The notes under the pieces are model-generated. The model was not told the DNA's origin. It was given only the letters and a program-made list of their open reading frames with translations, and made no database searches. DNA of 32,325 nt from Promethearchaeia archaeon (GTDB lineage: Archaea; Asgardarchaeota; Lokiarchaeia; Sigyniarchaeales; SOKP01). The translations under genes and the position numbers were made by a program. The stretch covers positions 1-32,325 of the forward strand of contig JAHQWL010000059.1 of assembly GCA_029856155.1 (NCBI GenBank), written 5' to 3'. Positions 29,096-32,325 of this stretch are shown in pieces. The first letter of the stretch is position 1. Every line of letters begins with the position of its first letter.

Positions 29096-30532
29096 TCAAT
29101 TTGAGATTTTATGAGATTTTAGAAAATCTATATAGTCACATAAAAATGAGATGCTTTTTGCTGTGTCTCTCAAAGATAAGAAATAGAGAACTCGTTTCTT
29201 ATGTAATAGATTTTTAGCAGTATTAAATCTTTTTGCGAGAGTAATATCATCGGCAATATTTGGTAAACAAAACGCAAAAGGTTTTGAGGTAGATTCAAAA
29301 CGTTTAATCATTCTATTAAAAACGTGCCGATAAATATGGTCAGGCCAAAGTGGTATTATAATTATATCAATGTTTGGATCATTAACCACAATATCTATAC
29401 AATCTACAAAGGTGTTTAAAATAAATCCTGATGCTCCTAAATCAACAGGATTTTTAATATTTACATTGACATTTGGCAGGACTTTAGCAATTTTAGACTG
29501 TGATTCAATAGTTAAATCTGGTATCTTAAGATTTTGAGATGCGAATAAATCAGTCATATTAACAGAAGAACCTCCTCCTGGAGTTATTATTCCCACATTT
29601 CGTCCTTTAGGGCGATATTGTGGATATAATAGTTCAAATGTTTTTATTGCATTCCAAAATTCATCATTATCTTTAACAAGTGTAGTACCTGTTTGTTTAG
29701 CCATTGATTTCCATAATGTATCATTTGACGCTATTGCGCCAGTGTGAGAAAAAGCAGCACGAGATCCATCTTTAGTATATCCCCCCTTCCATAAAATTAC
29801 GGGTTTAATTTTAGTTGCTTTTTTAAGTTCTAAAAATAATTCATACCCTGAAGCAGAACCAGAAGATTCTAAATAAGCAGCAATAAGATTTGTTTGTGAA
29901 TTTTGACGATAATATCTTATAAAATCTATACAATTTAAATCAATTTGATTACCAAAACTAACACCATAACGGAATCTAATATCCCGTTTATATCCAATGT
30001 TAACTAATTGAGTTAGATGACCTCCAGATTGGGACATAAAAGATACACCTCCATATTTTCCTTGAGAAGCAAATGAGAACGCCATTCCATTTTCTGCGTT
30101 TAATGGACCTAAACAATTTGGTCCAATTATCCTTGTATTGGAACCTTTAATAATTTTTAAGAGTTCTACTTCTAATTGTTTTCCTTCAGAATCTCCAGTT
30201 TCAGAAAACCCTGAAGCAAAAATAATCACCCATTTAATTCCTTTTTCAACGCATTCTTTCAGAGCTCCTGAGATAAATTTAGTCTTCAATGAGATGTAAG
30301 CTGTATCGATATGATACGGAACATTCAAAACAGAAGGATAGCATTTCCAACCCATTATTTCACTATATTTTGGATTTATTGGATAAAAAGTCTTGGACCA
30401 AATAGAATCCTTGAATGCTGGTAAATACAACATCGACCCTAATCTAGAGTTTTCTGATGCTCCAATAAATGCAATATGTTTAGGATAAAACAAAGAATTA
30501 AGATCTTCAAAATATTTTTGATCTTTTACCAT
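29096..30532 (-). CDS. acdA: ADP-forming acetate/acyl-CoA ligase alpha subunit
   Basis: IAFIGAS, YPINPK, ASGFSETG, IIGPNCLG, SQSGG, SHTG (phospho-His), NPVDL. Confidence 0.9.
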   Translation of the reverse strand: MVKDQKYFEDLNSLFYPKHIAFIGASENSRLGSMLYLPAFKDSIWSKTFYPINPKYSEIMGWKCYPSVLNVPYHIDTAYISLKTKFISGALKECVEKGIKWVIIFASGFSETGDSEGKQLEVELLKIIKGSNTRIIGPNCLGPLNAENGMAFSFASQGKYGGVSFMSQSGGHLTQLVNIGYKRDIRFRYGVSFGNQIDLNCIDFIRYYRQNSQTNLIAAYLESSGSASGYELFLELKKATKIKPVILWKGGYTKDGSRAAFSHTGAIASNDTLWKSMAKQTGTTLVKDNDEFWNAIKTFELLYPQYRPKGRNVGIITPGGGSSVNMTDLFASQNLKIPDLTIESQSKIAKVLPNVNVNIKNPVDLGASGFILNTFVDCIDIVVNDPNIDIIIIPLWPDHIYRHVFNRMIKRFESTSKPFAFCLPNIADDITLAKRFNTAKNLLHKKRVLYFLSLRDTAKSISFLCDYIDFLKSHKISN

Positions 30533-30719
30533 TAACTTAGTAAATTTAAAAATTTTTTAATAATTTTCTAATATCTTATTTTAGAAATTAAATCAAGATA
30601 AAAGGAGTTAGAGTTATAATTGTTCTAAAAAAACCAAATTTTTAATTCAATTTACAATTAAAATACCCATACTTAGTGAATGTTTACTATACATTAAAAA
30701 AGAATTTGGAGAAAATGAA

Positions 30720-32177
30720 ATGGCTAGAGCAAGTCCGTTAGAGATTTATGCCCTTTTGGATAAATCGAATTGTAAAGATTGCGGATATGAGACGTGTATG
30801 GCTTTTGCAACAGACACATTAGAAAGGAAGGTAAAACCTCAAGATTGTACCCATTTGATGCAAGATCCAAAACAAGCTAAAAATAGAGAGAAGCTTATTA
30901 CACTTTTAACTCCTCCTCAAAAACCTGTCACAATTGGAATAGGAGATAGAGCAGTTATTGTAGGTGGAGAAGAAGTTTTGATGAGGCATCAATTAACATA
31001 TTATAATCAAACAGCTCTCTTTGTTGAAATAGCAGATGATGATATAGAATTGGAAGAATTTGTCAAATACCTTTCAGACCTTAAAATTGAAAGGATTGGA
31101 GATGTTCTAACTCTTGATGGTATTGCCTTAAGAAATGTTTCTGGAGATAAAGATCAATTTAAATTAGCAGCTAAAAAGGTAACCGAACTCTCAAATCTAC
31201 CTATTATGTTGTGTAGTTTTAATACTGAAATATTATTAGCTGCTGCTGAAGAAATCAAGGATAAAAAACCTTTACTCTATGCTGTTACAAAAGATACTTG
31301 GGAGGAAATCGGTAAATTTGCAGTACAAAATAACTTACCCATTGTAATTACTTCTAGTAATTTAGATGAGTTAGTATCTTTGAGTGCTACCCTACAGAAA
31401 TTAGGAGTGAAAGAGATTATATTAGATCCAGGAACTTATTTTGGACCAGGTAATCTTTCTGTAACTTATGATAGGATTATGCAATTAAGGACAGGGGCAA
31501 TAAATAAAGGAGATAAAAATGCTTGTTGGCCAGTTATGGGTGTACCCGCAGCTTATTGGAGCCAAGTAAAGATTGGAAATGATAAAGAATTATGGGAACA
31601 TCAATATCAAGAAGTGATAATGGGTGCTATAATGGAGTCTATAGATGCAAATATGTTAGTATTACACACCGGTCAGAAGAAAGAAGAAATCTGGGCTCTA
31701 TTAGCTTTGATGACATTAAGACAAAGTGTTTTTTCAGATCCTAGAATTTACCCTTCAGTAGATCCTGGTCTTTATAAAATTGGAGAACCTGAAGATATGG
31801 CTCCAATATTTGTCACTAGTAATTATAGAATGACTAAAATCCCAGTTGAACAAGATTTGAAGGGTGCAAATATGAATTGCTGGCTCTTAGTCGTTGATAG
31901 TGAGGGGATCGGAATTGAAAGTGCTGTTGCCGGGGGTCAATTTAATGCGGGCTCAATAGCTGAAGCTGTGAAAGAATTTGGAGCTTTTGACAAAGTTAAA
32001 CATAGAATTCTCATTCTTCCTGGTATGGCTGCTCGTTTAAGTGGAGCCTTAGAAGATGAAGCAGATGCTTATGTAGTTGTAGGACCGAGAGACAGTTCTG
32101 GAATCCTAAAGTATATGAATACTCAATGGAAGCCAGAAGAATTTATGAAAGAATATGAATCTTGGTCAAAAGAATAA
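30720..32177 (+). CDS. cdhE: Acetyl-CoA decarbonylase/synthase gamma subunit (corrinoid Fe-S protein, large subunit)
   Basis: NCKDCGYETCMAFA..C Fe-S domain, GGEEVLMRH, FSDPR, TSNY, LPG.AARLSG, VGPRDSS. Confidence 0.95.
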   Translation: MARASPLEIYALLDKSNCKDCGYETCMAFATDTLERKVKPQDCTHLMQDPKQAKNREKLITLLTPPQKPVTIGIGDRAVIVGGEEVLMRHQLTYYNQTALFVEIADDDIELEEFVKYLSDLKIERIGDVLTLDGIALRNVSGDKDQFKLAAKKVTELSNLPIMLCSFNTEILLAAAEEIKDKKPLLYAVTKDTWEEIGKFAVQNNLPIVITSSNLDELVSLSATLQKLGVKEIILDPGTYFGPGNLSVTYDRIMQLRTGAINKGDKNACWPVMGVPAAYWSQVKIGNDKELWEHQYQEVIMGAIMESIDANMLVLHTGQKKEEIWALLALMTLRQSVFSDPRIYPSVDPGLYKIGEPEDMAPIFVTSNYRMTKIPVEQDLKGANMNCWLLVVDSEGIGIESAVAGGQFNAGSIAEAVKEFGAFDKVKHRILILPGMAARLSGALEDEADAYVVVGPRDSSGILKYMNTQWKPEEFMKEYESWSKE

Positions 32178-32197
32178 AGTTTTGTTATAAATAATTA

Positions 32198-32229
32198 CTT
32201 TTTATTTTTTTTTCCATTATACTTTTTTT
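32198..32229 (+). terminator. Archaeal oligo-T terminator after cdhE
   Basis: Several T-tracts directly after the stop codon. Confidence 0.5.
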
Positions 32230-32325
32230 AAACCGAAAATTTCTTTGGAAATGCTTCATTACTAGACCTAGTTATTGCAAGACACTCAAGTCATCCTAAC
32301 TTTTTGGTTCTCACATAAGCGGATG

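Noticed and set aside
32250-32325. SECIS-like element or RNase P RNA 3' end on the minus strand
   Set aside because: Stem pairing is poor, the P4 consensus does not fit, and the sequence is truncated by the window
1-32325. CRISPR array, rRNA, intact tRNA, transposase/integrase, Sec/Pyl readthrough
   Set aside because: None recognised by eye; TGA-ending genes stop at family-typical lengths

Overview
AT-rich archaeal chromosomal window, most consistent with an Asgard (Lokiarchaeia-like) genome. Supporting markers are eS26, roadblock and longin/uDENN proteins, a Loki-CTERM-like surface protein, double-domain Lrp/AsnC regulators and the Wood-Ljungdahl gene cdhE. Core genes: ahcY, arcS plus the archaeosine radical SAM enzyme (RaSEA), gar1-tfb, an ABC-2 exporter, trmY, pgsA-like CDP-alcohol transferase, rps26e (missed by the ORF track because it starts with ATT), a PIN-TPR protein, mobB, an AIR-synthase-like protein, ADP-forming acyl-CoA ligase alpha and cdhE. 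The left 5.5 kb is accessory or decaying: a SAM methyltransferase, a broken HEXXH gene, an orphan LeuRS C-terminal fragment, an ArsR-TM regulator, a CAAX-protease-like gene and two ICMT-like genes. Most interesting: (1) two roadblock genes plus a longin/uDENN gene with a FLCN/SMCR8-type 'ARG' arginine-finger motif, a possible proto-Rag/Ragulator GAP module; (2) three perfectly abutting hairpins whose loops are complementary, in nested reverse order, to a downstream tail (candidate structured RNA between ahcY and the methyltransferases); (3) AUU initiation of rps26e and probably tfb; (4) a decayed tRNA relic. All family calls are by eye from motifs; no searches were run.
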